DNA from: a virus
DNA: 64,000 nucleotides
IMG/VR virus record: IMGVR_UViG_3300028837_001424
Span: 32,001 to 96,000 of that record
Direction: 5' to 3' (one strand)
The notes below the pieces were generated by a model. The model was not told the DNA's origin, did not search any database, and was given only the letters and a program-made list of their open reading frames with translations. How positions within the stretch are numbered: the stretch's first letter is position 1; every line of letters starts with the position of its first letter. Positions 20,158-30,840 of this stretch are shown one piece after another. Both the position numbers and the translations under genes were made by a program.

Positions 20158-21069
20158 ATGAAATGTGTCGTGATTGGAGGTTCGGGATTTCTTGGCGGCG
20201 CAATAGTTGACGAGCTAGTGGCAAGAGGCGATCAAGTTATTAGTGCCGATAGGAATATTCGCGAATTGAAAGATGGTGTCGAGAGCCGCTTCTGTGACTT
20301 GACGGAACCATCAACCATAAAAGATGTGGTTGATGGCGCAGACGAGGTTTATCTGATAGCTGGCGTTCTTGGAACGTCTGAATTGGATGATCAGATTATT
20401 AGTGCGATTAGAGTAAATGTGATGGGAGCAGTGAATACCCTAAATGCCTGCGTCGAAGCTGGCGTAAAACGATTGTTCTACCCAAGCAAGCCCAATCCTT
20501 GGTTGAATACTTATACAATCACCAAGATCGCGGCAGAGCAATTCATGAAGATATACCACGAAAGATATGATCTGAACGTCATTGTAATGAGATGGTTTAA
20601 TGCTTATGGGCCAGGACAACATGCTTATCCTGTGAGGAAAATTGTTCCGACATTTTGCTTACAAGCAAGATACGGAGAGCTTTTGACCATATTTGGGACG
20701 GGCGAGAACGTATGCGATCTTGTGTCCTCCAGGGATATTGCCCGGTGGTCCGTTGAGGCAACGAGGCTGGAATTGTGTAAGCAAGTTTGGGATTTTGGCC
20801 GTGGAATAGGAATGACGGTCAACCAAGTAGCGGCAGATATTCTTACCGTTGCTGATAAAGATGTGCGAAATGTTCAACATATACCAATGCGTAGGGGCGA
20901 AGTTGAGGGAACGAAATTGGTGGCAGACATCGATGATTTGAGGGATGCGTTTGCCCAAAAAGGGAAAAAGATATATTTCGAATCATGGATGGAAACGCTC
21001 AGGGAAACCTATCGATATTACGAGCATTTGCCAATGGAGAAATTATTAAAAGCAATGGAGATCTGGTAA
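20158..21069 (+). CDS. NAD-dependent epimerase/dehydratase (extended SDR)
   Basis: GGSGFLG, YTITK, RWFNAYGPGQ. Confidence 0.9.
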   Translation: MKCVVIGGSGFLGGAIVDELVARGDQVISADRNIRELKDGVESRFCDLTEPSTIKDVVDGADEVYLIAGVLGTSELDDQIISAIRVNVMGAVNTLNACVEAGVKRLFYPSKPNPWLNTYTITKIAAEQFMKIYHERYDLNVIVMRWFNAYGPGQHAYPVRKIVPTFCLQARYGELLTIFGTGENVCDLVSSRDIARWSVEATRLELCKQVWDFGRGIGMTVNQVAADILTVADKDVRNVQHIPMRRGEVEGTKLVADIDDLRDAFAQKGKKIYFESWMETLRETYRYYEHLPMEKLLKAMEIW

Positions 21070-21075
21070 GTATTT

Positions 21076-21372
21076 ATGACGGAAAAAGATTGTATCTATG
21101 AGGCAATTGCCGCGCACTACGAGCGCATGATAACCTATAACGTGCGCGAGGCACTTGTGATGAACAAATGCCTTCATTCAGTAAGCGGGCTTTACGACGT
21201 GCTTTGGCAGCATAAGCGAGAGCTTATTATGTGCGGTGCATTTGATCAACTATGGGAAAGTGCTAACGCCTTGATGCAAGTAATTGAAGTGCGCGCAGAA
21301 ATTACGGGATTAAGGGCTATTTCATCAGAGAGTATGACCAAGGATATTACAAATAAACTGAAGGATCTTTAG
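21076..21372 (+). CDS. Hypothetical protein
   Basis: Fills operon gap. Confidence 0.45.
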   Translation: MTEKDCIYEAIAAHYERMITYNVREALVMNKCLHSVSGLYDVLWQHKRELIMCGAFDQLWESANALMQVIEVRAEITGLRAISSESMTKDITNKLKDL

Positions 21373-21376
21373 GTAA

Positions 21377-22051
21377 ATGGGCAAAAAACTTGTTCCCACA
21401 TCGGCAATATTTGAATTGAAAGATGCTCATAAATTTGGCATAGGAAAGGGACTAGAAATTCATGAGCGAATGAAGGGGCGCTATGCAGGCCAACCTTATG
21501 ATTGGGGCGTTTTAGCAGAAATGATTAAGTGGGCAGGAGACGGGGATCATTTAGAAATCGGAACATTGTTTGGAGGAAGTGCCATATTATCGGCGTTGAC
21601 GAAAATTAAATATGGGCTAAGTGGCAATATTATTTGCGTCGATCCACTAGATAGTTATTACGGCATTAAAGTCGATCCTGGAAGCAACGTTCCAGTCACA
21701 CCCGAAATTGTGAGAAAGAATCTTGAGCTTTTCAATGTTCAGGATCGAATTGAGCTAGTGACTAAGAAATCTCAACCCTGGCCCTTGCCTCCAAACCGCA
21801 AGTTTAATAGTGCATATATAGATGGTCAGCATGATTATAAGGCCTGTTTATCAGATTGGGTAAATTGCGAAGCTTGTGTTGATAAGGTAATACAATTTGA
21901 TAATCATGACATGGCACACGCTGCTATTTGCAACGTCGTTTCTCAAGTGTCTAAAGACGAATGGTTAACTGTACATATTAGTGGAATAAGCGCCGTGTTG
22001 GCGAGGCGTACTTGGCTTAGGCCCGATTGGAAAAAGAGGGAATTATGGTAA
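21377..22051 (+). CDS. Class I SAM methyltransferase (Methyltransf_24-like)
   Basis: LEIGTLFGGSA, CVDP, YIDGQHDY. Confidence 0.85.
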   Translation: MGKKLVPTSAIFELKDAHKFGIGKGLEIHERMKGRYAGQPYDWGVLAEMIKWAGDGDHLEIGTLFGGSAILSALTKIKYGLSGNIICVDPLDSYYGIKVDPGSNVPVTPEIVRKNLELFNVQDRIELVTKKSQPWPLPPNRKFNSAYIDGQHDYKACLSDWVNCEACVDKVIQFDNHDMAHAAICNVVSQVSKDEWLTVHISGISAVLARRTWLRPDWKKRELW

Positions 22052-22773
22052 ACAAAGATTTAAATATCGAGAATTACAAAAATCGCCATCTTGGAGAGCG
22101 GGCATTTATTGTAGGCAATGGTCTAGGCACAACTCCCGAAATACTGGATCGACTTGAGCATTCTGGATGGATCACATTTGGAATGAACCGTATTGGAATG
22201 ATCTTCCCCAAAACTTCCTGGCGTCCAAGATTTTATATAGGCACTACCTCGGCTATAAATGATCCTATCCATAGACCCGATAATCTGGCTGGTATTCGCT
22301 CGTCTGAGATTGCTTTTTGCTGTGATGGCTACAAGAATTATCTGGATGAAAGTATTAACGATAACGTGATTTATCTTAGTTGCTCCCAGCTTGAGGATTG
22401 GCTAGGAAAACACAATGAAGCAACCAATGATTTTTGGTCAGACGATATATCTAATCGCCTTTCTAAATTTGCTTGCACCGCTTTTCCGGCAATGCAGGTG
22501 GCGGCTTATTTAGGACTTAATCCGATTTATCTTATTGGTTGCGACGCGGACTACAGACCTCCTGTTGATGGCGTCGATCCATCTCACTTTGATCCTAAAT
22601 ATAGACCGTGGCACGCGTATCCAAGTTACGAGAACTTGAATCTAGGTATACAACGGGCACACGAAATAGCGCAAGTGGCTGCAGACAGATTGGGAATAGA
22701 AATAATTAATATTTCCCCAATCAGCGAAATTACTGCCCATACGTTTGGAAGCTTGGACGAGGCATTGGCATGA
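22045..22773 (+). CDS. DUF115/Maf-like glycosyltransferase-fold protein
   Basis: AFIVGNG, FGMNRI, AYLGLNPIYLIGCD. Confidence 0.75.
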   Translation: MVNKDLNIENYKNRHLGERAFIVGNGLGTTPEILDRLEHSGWITFGMNRIGMIFPKTSWRPRFYIGTTSAINDPIHRPDNLAGIRSSEIAFCCDGYKNYLDESINDNVIYLSCSQLEDWLGKHNEATNDFWSDDISNRLSKFACTAFPAMQVAAYLGLNPIYLIGCDADYRPPVDGVDPSHFDPKYRPWHAYPSYENLNLGIQRAHEIAQVAADRLGIEIINISPISEITAHTFGSLDEALA

Positions 22774-23168
22774 CTAAACCCAAAAGTGCATTCAGTGGAC
22801 ACAAATTTAATATAGTTAGATGGCGCGGAAACCCAACGGAAGCAACGCTAAAAAGCGGACATGTTGTACGCAAAGAAAAATATATTTATTATCGTGACAC
22901 GAATGACAGGTGGATTGCTGTACGTGCCTCCGACTATCATGGCGAACACTTTGTCTATGTTGATCCACTTTTCAACGATGGTGTATTAGGGCATTTCTCG
23001 TTTATGTGTACTTGTGGTAGCCCCGCGGTTATTGTAGGCCCGGCAGACGCCGCACTAGAAGACACTAATTGCCCAGAACGATTATTGGTGTGCTACATAT
23101 ACCATCTTACGCTTACAAAGTATGGTCACGGCTGGCATCAAACCAGCGATGGTAGGAGATGGGTATGA
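22770..23168 (+). CDS. Hypothetical protein
   Basis: ATGA-coupled ORF; CxCG motif. Confidence 0.5.
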   Translation: MTKPKSAFSGHKFNIVRWRGNPTEATLKSGHVVRKEKYIYYRDTNDRWIAVRASDYHGEHFVYVDPLFNDGVLGHFSFMCTCGSPAVIVGPADAALEDTNCPERLLVCYIYHLTLTKYGHGWHQTSDGRRWV

Positions 23169-23809
23169 AACTTAGTCATGAGGCCTGGTTTTTGGGGCTT
23201 AAACTGGAAGGGGAAATCAAAAAGAAACTGGTTGGCGAGTATCAAATGTGGGATAACCAGTTGGGTTTGCTCGCGCAAGTCGTTGAATGTGCCGGCAATG
23301 GATATCATCTTGACATAGGTACAATGTGGGGAGGATCAGCGATATTAGCCGCACTGGTAAAAAAGAGGATGGGCTTAGGCGGACTGGTTTATACAGTTGA
23401 TCCTCTTGATCAACAATTTTTTGATGATAATAAGGGTTATTTGAGCAGTCATAAAGACCCAGTTATACCTACAGTTGAACAAATACTGGAAAACTTCAAG
23501 ACTTTTGGTGTCGAAGATCGAATTATTTTCAAGCAAGTTAAATCATCAGATTTGCCATATCAGTTTAGACGTTTACCAGTATCGGCATTTATTGATGGGG
23601 CACACGACTTTGACAGCGTATTAATTGACTGGGCAACTTGTAGCAAATATTGCAATTTTATAATGTTCCATGATTATTCTGAGATCTCGGCTTGGAAGGG
23701 CGTGAATGAAGTGGTTGATAGATATGTGCTCAAGGACGATAAATTTGAAGTGCTAGGCGAGGCAATACACTGTATCGCTTTTGTAAGAAAAGAACAAGAG
23801 AATATATAA
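23165..23809 (+). CDS. Class I SAM methyltransferase (Methyltransf_24-like), paralog of 21377
   Basis: LDIGTMWGGSA, FIDGAHD, FHDY. Confidence 0.85.
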   Translation: MKLSHEAWFLGLKLEGEIKKKLVGEYQMWDNQLGLLAQVVECAGNGYHLDIGTMWGGSAILAALVKKRMGLGGLVYTVDPLDQQFFDDNKGYLSSHKDPVIPTVEQILENFKTFGVEDRIIFKQVKSSDLPYQFRRLPVSAFIDGAHDFDSVLIDWATCSKYCNFIMFHDYSEISAWKGVNEVVDRYVLKDDKFEVLGEAIHCIAFVRKEQENI

Positions 23810-24496
23810 ATGAAAGTTGTCATGATAGCCAGGAGTAAAAACGAGGCATTGAATATAGGAAGGTTTTGCAACGCCTATCGGGATTGTGTTGACATGATAC
23901 TTCTGGCAGATGGAGGGAGCGAAGACAATACCGTTGACATTGCAAAAGGCTTCAAGAATGTGCAGGTACGCCATTTCAAGGAACGAATGGAATTTCCAGG
24001 AGGAGTTTGGAGGAATCCTCACGGCAAACACATGAACTTTCTTATTGATTGGGCATTAGAGGAAGATCCCGACTGGATTATCTTTGATGATATTGATTGT
24101 ATACCGACCGAGGCACTTCGATTAAATCTTCGAGAAATAATGGCGAACGCCGATCATCCCTCAATTTGGCTTTATCGGTTATATGTTTGGGGGAAGGATC
24201 AATATTTTCCCAAACTTAATGAGCCAGGTAAAAGTATATATGCCTGGAAGCCCGAATTGGGTATAGTGGCACAAAACGAGCCGCCCTTAGCGTGTGTTCT
24301 TTTAAATGTTCCAAGCGATACTAAGGGAGTGATTCTTGAGCCTCCGTTTTGTATTATGCATTATTTTTGTCAGACCGAAGAGTTGGCCCAGGCCAAGTTG
24401 GAATTCTACAGGGCTACTGGAGAACAGACGGGCATACAACATCCGAGCAAATTTGGCGGGCCATTGGAATATTTGCCCGATTGGGCGCATGAGTGA
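23810..24496 (+). CDS. Glycosyltransferase family 2 (tandem copy 1)
   Basis: KNE, ADGGSEDNT, FDDID. Confidence 0.85.
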   Translation: MKVVMIARSKNEALNIGRFCNAYRDCVDMILLADGGSEDNTVDIAKGFKNVQVRHFKERMEFPGGVWRNPHGKHMNFLIDWALEEDPDWIIFDDIDCIPTEALRLNLREIMANADHPSIWLYRLYVWGKDQYFPKLNEPGKSIYAWKPELGIVAQNEPPLACVLLNVPSDTKGVILEPPFCIMHYFCQTEELAQAKLEFYRATGEQTGIQHPSKFGGPLEYLPDWAHE

Positions 24497-24501
24497 AATA
24501 G

Positions 24502-25188
24502 ATGAAGATTGTGGTAGTGGTCAGAACCAAGAATGAGGTTCGTAACATAGCTCGATTTTGCGCTGCATATAAAGAATGCGCTGATCTTATTCTCGTGGCG
24601 GATGGCGGAAGTGAGGATTATACAGTACCCATTGCCAAATGCTTCAATAATGTAAAGGTTCGCCACTTTGAAGAACGCATTGAATTTCCAGGAGGCTTGT
24701 GGCGCAATCCGCATGGCAAACACATGAACTTTATGTTTGATTGGGCGGTTGACGAGGGTGCGGACTGGATTATTTTTGACGATTGCGATTCTGTTCCTAC
24801 CGCTACGCTGAAAGAGAACATTCGGGAAATAATGACGAGTGCCGTCCATCCAACAATTTTCGCAGACAGATTGTATATTTGGGGTAGGAATAAATATTTC
24901 CCCAAACTTAATGAATCGTGGACGCCTTTATATGCCTGGAGACCAGAAGCGGGTATAGTGGCAGAAGAGAGAAATCCAATAGCGTGCCAGATATTGAATA
25001 TACCGCCAGTGGAAGAACGCGTAATTCTTAAGCCGCCGCTGTGTTGTTTGCATTATTTTTGTCCAGACAAGGAGACTGCACAAGCTAAACTAGATTTCTA
25101 TATAACTATCGGCGAGCAAAAAGACGCAACGCATCCGCTTGAATTCGGAGGGCCATTAGAAGATTTACCGGAGTGGGCACATGAATAA
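24502..25188 (+). CDS. Glycosyltransferase family 2 (tandem copy 2)
   Basis: Same length (228 aa) and colinear with copy 1. Confidence 0.85.
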   Translation: MKIVVVVRTKNEVRNIARFCAAYKECADLILVADGGSEDYTVPIAKCFNNVKVRHFEERIEFPGGLWRNPHGKHMNFMFDWAVDEGADWIIFDDCDSVPTATLKENIREIMTSAVHPTIFADRLYIWGRNKYFPKLNESWTPLYAWRPEAGIVAEERNPIACQILNIPPVEERVILKPPLCCLHYFCPDKETAQAKLDFYITIGEQKDATHPLEFGGPLEDLPEWAHE

Positions 25189-25789
25189 AGTTGTAGCGTT
25201 GGCCATGAATTATAAATGCCTTTTGGGTTATCAAGAGCCTTATGAAGAGCCGATTGTTTTTCTAAAGTCTAGAGAAGCCATCATCGGACCTGGAGAGACA
25301 ATCTTTATACCTCATGATGCTATTGTTTGGCCAGAGGTTGAATTGGCTATTATTATTGGCAAGCAGGCTAGGAATGTTTTGCCCAAGGATGCTTATAAAT
25401 ATATTATTGCGTATGCGATCGCAAATGATGTTACGGCATATTATGGGGATGAACGAGATGTGCATTATGCTAAATCCAAATGCCCAGACACATTTCTGCC
25501 AATGAGCCATATTGTATATGCGCCCGAAGCACCTATCTGGAAATCTCAAGAACTAACCACATTCATTAATAGCCATAGGGTGCAAGCTGGCAATGTTGGA
25601 GACATGATTTTTGGAGTTGAAAAAGCGGTAGAATTTATTTCTAGTTGGATGACGCTCAATAAAGGCGATGTTATTATAACTGGTACGCCCTGGCACAATC
25701 GACCAGAATTACACGACGGCGATATCGTGACTGTTGCGATTGAGGGATTGGGCGAAGTGATTAATCCGGTAAAACTAAGGAAAAACTAA
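25181..25789 (+). CDS. Fumarylacetoacetate hydrolase family protein
   Basis: EVELA, NDVTA, KCPDTF, GDVIITGTP. Confidence 0.9.
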   Translation: MNKVVALAMNYKCLLGYQEPYEEPIVFLKSREAIIGPGETIFIPHDAIVWPEVELAIIIGKQARNVLPKDAYKYIIAYAIANDVTAYYGDERDVHYAKSKCPDTFLPMSHIVYAPEAPIWKSQELTTFINSHRVQAGNVGDMIFGVEKAVEFISSWMTLNKGDVIITGTPWHNRPELHDGDIVTVAIEGLGEVINPVKLRKN

Positions 25790-27282
25790 TGGCTCATTCT
25801 ATAACGCAGTTCAAAGATAAATATAAGGGCGAGCGCTGCTTCATTATAGGGAACGGTCCAAGCCTTGCTCGAACACCACTTAGTTTAATTAAGGGAGAAT
25901 ACTCTATTGGCATAAACAGGATAGGGATGCGATATGATAAAACCGATTGGCGTCCCAGTCACTTCTTGTGTGTTACTCAATGGGTAAAGAAGGACGATTA
26001 TCGGGCAGATGTACTAAAATCAATCGATCTTGGCATACCTTGTTTTATAGGCGAACGTATTAGACACTTTATTAATCGGGAAGATGAAAACATCACTTGG
26101 GTTGATTGTACTTTTCCACACGCGGATGAATCGTATGACATAAACAAAACAAGTCTAAAGTGGTGGCTTAGAGATATATCAGATGGGATATTGAATTATT
26201 ATTCGAATGCAACATTTGCAGCAACGAAGCTGGCGGTTTATATGGGTTTTAATCCGTTAATTTTTGTCGGTTGTGATTTGGGCTGGAAAGGTTTAAATTA
26301 TTTGGAATACGGCCTAGACCATGATCATTTTGATAATCGTTATGAAGACGCAACTTTTGAAAAACCCGCTGACCATTGGGACAAATTCAATCCTGATGCA
26401 ATTCGAGCGCACGAGATTATAAGAGTTTGTACAAAGAGTATAGGGGTAGATGTTTACAATGCCACTTTGGGCGGCGAGCTTGAAGTATATCCAAGAGTTA
26501 ATTTTTTGAAGACGGCCATGAAGATTTCTGAACCGCAACCCAAGGGGCTTGATGTGAAAGAACTACTGGGCCAATATAAGGGAGAAAGGATTTTCATAGT
26601 CGGCTGCTCAAAGAGTCTTACGGTAGAACAACTTGATCTTATTAAGGGCGAGTATTCGTTTGGATTAAATCGTATTGCGATGTTATACGACGAAACCGAA
26701 TGGAGGCCGACCTTTTATAAAGCGGCACCACCAGAATATTTGAGCTATAAGCCCTTTAGAGATGATGTAATCAGATCCATAGAGCTTGGAATTCCCTCGT
26801 TCTTGTGTGTTCGCTTACGCTCACACGTAGAAAACGGCATTGAGTATGGTATTGGTGATGCATACGATAATGTTCATTATATTTCATGCACGGCTAGGAC
26901 TCATGGCGAGGATCTTGAGTGGTGGGCAACAAACTATAAAGAAGGGGGAAACGTCGGACGATATTCAAGCTCCACTTTTAGATCGGCCATGATTGCGATC
27001 AAAATGGGTTTTGAGGAGATCGTATTTATCGGCGTAGATATGGATTATCAGATACACGAAGAGGATGGTCCTGACCCCAACCATTTTGCCCCTGACTATG
27101 TTCCAAGACTTGGGCGCTCCGATGTTCATTTAGAGGCGATTAATAAATCGTTTTTAGAGCAATATGAAAGGTTAGAGGAACAAGCCAAATTCTTGGGCAT
27201 TAAGGTGATAAACGCAACAGAAGGTGGGCTACTTGAAGTTTTCCCGCGAGCCAATTTAAAAGAATTAATTAAAAGGGAATAA
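25789..27282 (+). CDS. Tandem double DUF115/Maf-like protein
   Basis: Two repeats of KGER.FI.G..SL...NRI...MGF..I.F.G.D...NAT.GG.LEV.PR. Confidence 0.8.
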   Translation: MAHSITQFKDKYKGERCFIIGNGPSLARTPLSLIKGEYSIGINRIGMRYDKTDWRPSHFLCVTQWVKKDDYRADVLKSIDLGIPCFIGERIRHFINREDENITWVDCTFPHADESYDINKTSLKWWLRDISDGILNYYSNATFAATKLAVYMGFNPLIFVGCDLGWKGLNYLEYGLDHDHFDNRYEDATFEKPADHWDKFNPDAIRAHEIIRVCTKSIGVDVYNATLGGELEVYPRVNFLKTAMKISEPQPKGLDVKELLGQYKGERIFIVGCSKSLTVEQLDLIKGEYSFGLNRIAMLYDETEWRPTFYKAAPPEYLSYKPFRDDVIRSIELGIPSFLCVRLRSHVENGIEYGIGDAYDNVHYISCTARTHGEDLEWWATNYKEGGNVGRYSSSTFRSAMIAIKMGFEEIVFIGVDMDYQIHEEDGPDPNHFAPDYVPRLGRSDVHLEAINKSFLEQYERLEEQAKFLGIKVINATEGGLLEVFPRANLKELIKRE

Positions 27283-27283
27283 A

Positions 27284-28117
27284 ATGAACAAAATTATGGG
27301 TTTCATTGAGCATTTATTGGGCTGGGAAATTGAAAAAAAGCCCAACAAAACAGAAAATCGCTTGACAAACAGGCGAATACCTATGAATAAGATTGCGGTT
27401 ATTATACCCGCCAGACTTGCATCAACGAGATTTCCTCGCAAGGCCTTGGCCGATATATATGGAAAGCCCGTGATACAAAGAGTTTACGAGGCGGCTAGCC
27501 AAGCCAAAGGTATAGCTGACGCATTTGTTGCGACGCCCGATGTTGAATTGGCAGAGGTCGTCGAATCCTTTGGTGGCAAGTATATTATGACTGGTCCACA
27601 AGACACTTGTCTAGGAAGATGCTCGGAGGCAATGAGAGACGACGCACTTTTTGATTATTATGGGGCAGTTATTGCACAGGGCGACGAGCCTATGTTGAAG
27701 CCCGAAATGCTTGATGTAGCAGTTGAGGCACTTGGCAAGTATGGTGTTTGTTGGTTAGTAAAAAAGATTCTGCCCCATGAAGATCCAACCGACATCAATA
27801 TGATAAAGTGTGCTTTGAATAGTAACGGCAATATTATTTATGTTTCGCGCGGGGCAATTCCTATCCCTACGCCTGAAGGAGACCATGACTTTATACCAAC
27901 TTATTATAAACAAGTAGGCGTAGTCGCATTTGGCAGAAGAATGCTAATCGAATTCAATAATCTTGAAAGAGGACCACTGGAGAAATGCGAGGGTATAGAT
28001 TTGCTCAGATTTCTTGAGCATGGCGTAATAGTAAGTTCGGCTCTTTCGCCCTATGATACACAATCGCTTGACACCCCAGAAGATTTGGAACGAATACTGG
28101 ACATGTGGCCTAAATGA
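27284..28117 (+). CDS. kdsB: CMP-Kdo synthetase-like cytidylyltransferase
   Basis: IIPARLASTRFPRKAL, QGDEP, LE..E..D.LRFLEHG, DTPEDL; core starts ~27383. Confidence 0.85.
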   Translation: MNKIMGFIEHLLGWEIEKKPNKTENRLTNRRIPMNKIAVIIPARLASTRFPRKALADIYGKPVIQRVYEAASQAKGIADAFVATPDVELAEVVESFGGKYIMTGPQDTCLGRCSEAMRDDALFDYYGAVIAQGDEPMLKPEMLDVAVEALGKYGVCWLVKKILPHEDPTDINMIKCALNSNGNIIYVSRGAIPIPTPEGDHDFIPTYYKQVGVVAFGRRMLIEFNNLERGPLEKCEGIDLLRFLEHGVIVSSALSPYDTQSLDTPEDLERILDMWPK

Positions 28118-28926
28118 ATAATAGAGTTGCAGCCATCATTGTTAATTATAATATGCCCGAAAGAACAGATGCCTTATGTTCTTATATAAAGGTACATGTT
28201 AAATGGCCCTACGATCTTATTGTTGTAGATAATGGTAGTGATCCAAAATATCCGTCCGAATGGACTACCGTTAAGCTTCAACAAAATGTACAAACAACAA
28301 ATGGCTGGTTGTGTGGTGTTGCCTATGCAAAAGGATTAGCTAGTATGCGCAAGGAGCCTTATTTGGGCTACTGGTTCATGATAACAAGTGCCGAGTTTGT
28401 AAAAGAAAGCAAAGACCCGCTTACGCCAATAGCGAATATATTGCTGGATATACCCGACGCGGTTGTGGCCTCGCCGGCGCTTACCAAGGATAGCACAACT
28501 GCACATGTACAAATGATAACAAGAGGAGGCAACGACCCAAGACGCACATGGCTACTTGATAACATTGCTGCGTTATGGAGGGCAGATTGGCTCGATTCCA
28601 TTGGCGGTTTCCCGCCAGAACTTACCATGGCCTGGGGTTGTGATTTTGAAACCTGTTATCTTGCAAGAAAGGCTGGCAAAAGTATCTGGATACACGAGGG
28701 CACGCGTGTCAAAAAAATAAGTGACATAGGTTACACAATGGATCGCATGGGAATGACCGCTGAGGAGAGAGGCCCTATGGCCGGTCTTGAAATGAGGAAT
28801 TATCTTGTGCCTAAATACGGCGAAGATTATGACGCAAGACTTCATAAGGAATACACAGACCCAAAATGGTGTAGTCGTGTTACAAGGATAAATGAATGGC
28901 AGCCTTCTGCCGATAAGGAGAATTAA
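28114..28926 (+). CDS. Glycosyltransferase family 2
   Basis: IIVNYN, VVDNGS, GGF...WGCD. Confidence 0.8.
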   Translation: MNNRVAAIIVNYNMPERTDALCSYIKVHVKWPYDLIVVDNGSDPKYPSEWTTVKLQQNVQTTNGWLCGVAYAKGLASMRKEPYLGYWFMITSAEFVKESKDPLTPIANILLDIPDAVVASPALTKDSTTAHVQMITRGGNDPRRTWLLDNIAALWRADWLDSIGGFPPELTMAWGCDFETCYLARKAGKSIWIHEGTRVKKISDIGYTMDRMGMTAEERGPMAGLEMRNYLVPKYGEDYDARLHKEYTDPKWCSRVTRINEWQPSADKEN

Positions 28927-28927
28927 A

Positions 28928-29794
28928 ATGGCCAAAGACCCTGCAGTGGGACCTATTACTAGATATGACAAATTCGGGAACGCAAGAGTTGATCGAGGAG
29001 AGGCACTACCCGTTGTTCCAGTAGAGGAAGTAATTGAGTATGCTCCCGAAAAGAAGGACATGAAGACGATCATTTTGGCTGGCGGTCATGGTACTAGATT
29101 GCAGGATGAAACCGAGGGGAAGATCCCTAAGCCATTGGTAAAGATTGGCCTAATGACAATGCTTCAACACATCATTTACCTTTATGAAGGCCAAGGCAAT
29201 AGCCAGTTCATAGTGGCGGGTGGCTATAAGGCAGACGCGTTGTTGAAATGGCGAGAAGAATTGCATGATGTGTTTGGGCATCGTGAATTAAATGTTCTTA
29301 TAACCGATACTGGCGTAGAGACGCAGACTGGTGGCCGGCTTCTACGTTTAAAATATTACTTGTCTAAACCGTTCATGATGACCTATGGCGATGGCTTGTC
29401 TGATATAAATTTATCGGCGCTTGCGGAGTTTCATGATCGAATGGTTATTGATCACAACATTCTTGTTACTTTGACTGCGGTAAGACCGCCAGCGCGCTTT
29501 GGAAATCTTGTAATCGAAAACGGTCTTGCAAAGCTATTTGTAGAAAAATCGCAGGCTACAGGTGGTTGGATCAATGGCGGTTTCTATATTATCCAGCCAG
29601 ATGCTTTGAATTTGATCAGCGGTGATTCCTGTAGATGGGAATATGATGTTTTGCCTACATTGGCAATTCAGGGAAGGCTTGCCGCATACCAGCATACTGG
29701 TTATTTTCAAATGTGCGACACATCGCGAGATCTGGAATCACTGAGAAGTATATGGGAGCTTGGAAATGCCCCATGGGCGAGGTTATTTAAATGA
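28928..29794 (+). CDS. rfbF: Glucose-1-phosphate cytidylyltransferase
   Basis: ILAGGHGTRL, PKPLV, DTG.ETQTGGRL, TYGDG, WINGGF, QMCDT. Confidence 0.85.
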   Translation: MAKDPAVGPITRYDKFGNARVDRGEALPVVPVEEVIEYAPEKKDMKTIILAGGHGTRLQDETEGKIPKPLVKIGLMTMLQHIIYLYEGQGNSQFIVAGGYKADALLKWREELHDVFGHRELNVLITDTGVETQTGGRLLRLKYYLSKPFMMTYGDGLSDINLSALAEFHDRMVIDHNILVTLTAVRPPARFGNLVIENGLAKLFVEKSQATGGWINGGFYIIQPDALNLISGDSCRWEYDVLPTLAIQGRLAAYQHTGYFQMCDTSRDLESLRSIWELGNAPWARLFK

Positions 29795-30840
29795 CAGACG
29801 ATTTGATTAAGCAATTGAAAAACCAACGAGTTTTGGTAACCGGTGCCACTGGTTTTATGGGCCAAAGGCTTGTCGATATTTTATTGAGCGCGGGAGCGTA
29901 TGTAAGCGCGCTAGTACTTGACATTGATTTTGCCAGTCGGTTTTATAGAGAAACCTACATGAGTTGTCTGGCCAATCGAATAGAGAAAACCATCACCGGT
30001 GATCTGCGCAATTACTTTGACTGTGAACGGGCAGTTGCCGAATCGAGACCTACTATCATATTTCATTTGGCGGCCATAACCCAGGTATGCGATGCAAGCA
30101 GGATGCCTCTACAAGCGTTTGATTCGAACATTATGGGTACGGCCAATCTGCTTGAGGCGGCGCGCAAGATAGCTCCTGGAGAGATTGCAATAGTAGTTGC
30201 TTCAAGCGATAAAGCGTTTGGTGAACCAATTGACGAGATGCCATTTAATGAAAACTCAGTACTAAACCCTATTCATCCTTACGATGTATCTAAGGCATCG
30301 GCGGATCTGGTTGCGAGATGTTACGCTTTACATTATGGAGAAAAAGTTGCCATTACTCGTTGCGGAAATGTATACGGGCCGGGCGATATCAATTGGCAGC
30401 GCCTCATACCCGAAGCGATTAGGTGTGGCCTAACTGGTAAAACGCTGATCATTCGTAGCGATGGGTCACTGGTGAGAGAATACAATTATGTCGATGACAT
30501 AATTGATGCTTACATTCGGATTGCGCTTTCACTCATGCCTTGGGGCGGTCAACCTGAGCCATGGGCGCTGGGTACATCTTGGACGGTTTCAGATAATCGA
30601 GGACGTATGAGCGTTTTAGAAATAGTAGATAAGATAAGCGCCGTCATAAATCAAGATATCAAAATTGATATATTAGGAAAAGCTCAAGACGAGACGGGAG
30701 AATTGATACTTGAATCTGGTTTAATTAGACGCAAATTGGATTGGCGACCAAAAACGGAACTGCCAGAAGGCCTACGAAAAACTACCAGATGGCTTGTCAA
30801 GCACCTAAGAAGTAGAGGTGAGGTTGTAAAAACGGTATGA
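29791..30840 (+). CDS. rfbG: CDP-glucose 4,6-dehydratase-like
   Basis: VTGATGFMG, SSDK, YDVSK, RCGNVYGPGD; follows rfbF. Confidence 0.75.
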   Translation: MTDDLIKQLKNQRVLVTGATGFMGQRLVDILLSAGAYVSALVLDIDFASRFYRETYMSCLANRIEKTITGDLRNYFDCERAVAESRPTIIFHLAAITQVCDASRMPLQAFDSNIMGTANLLEAARKIAPGEIAIVVASSDKAFGEPIDEMPFNENSVLNPIHPYDVSKASADLVARCYALHYGEKVAITRCGNVYGPGDINWQRLIPEAIRCGLTGKTLIIRSDGSLVREYNYVDDIIDAYIRIALSLMPWGGQPEPWALGTSWTVSDNRGRMSVLEIVDKISAVINQDIKIDILGKAQDETGELILESGLIRRKLDWRPKTELPEGLRKTTRWLVKHLRSRGEVVKTV

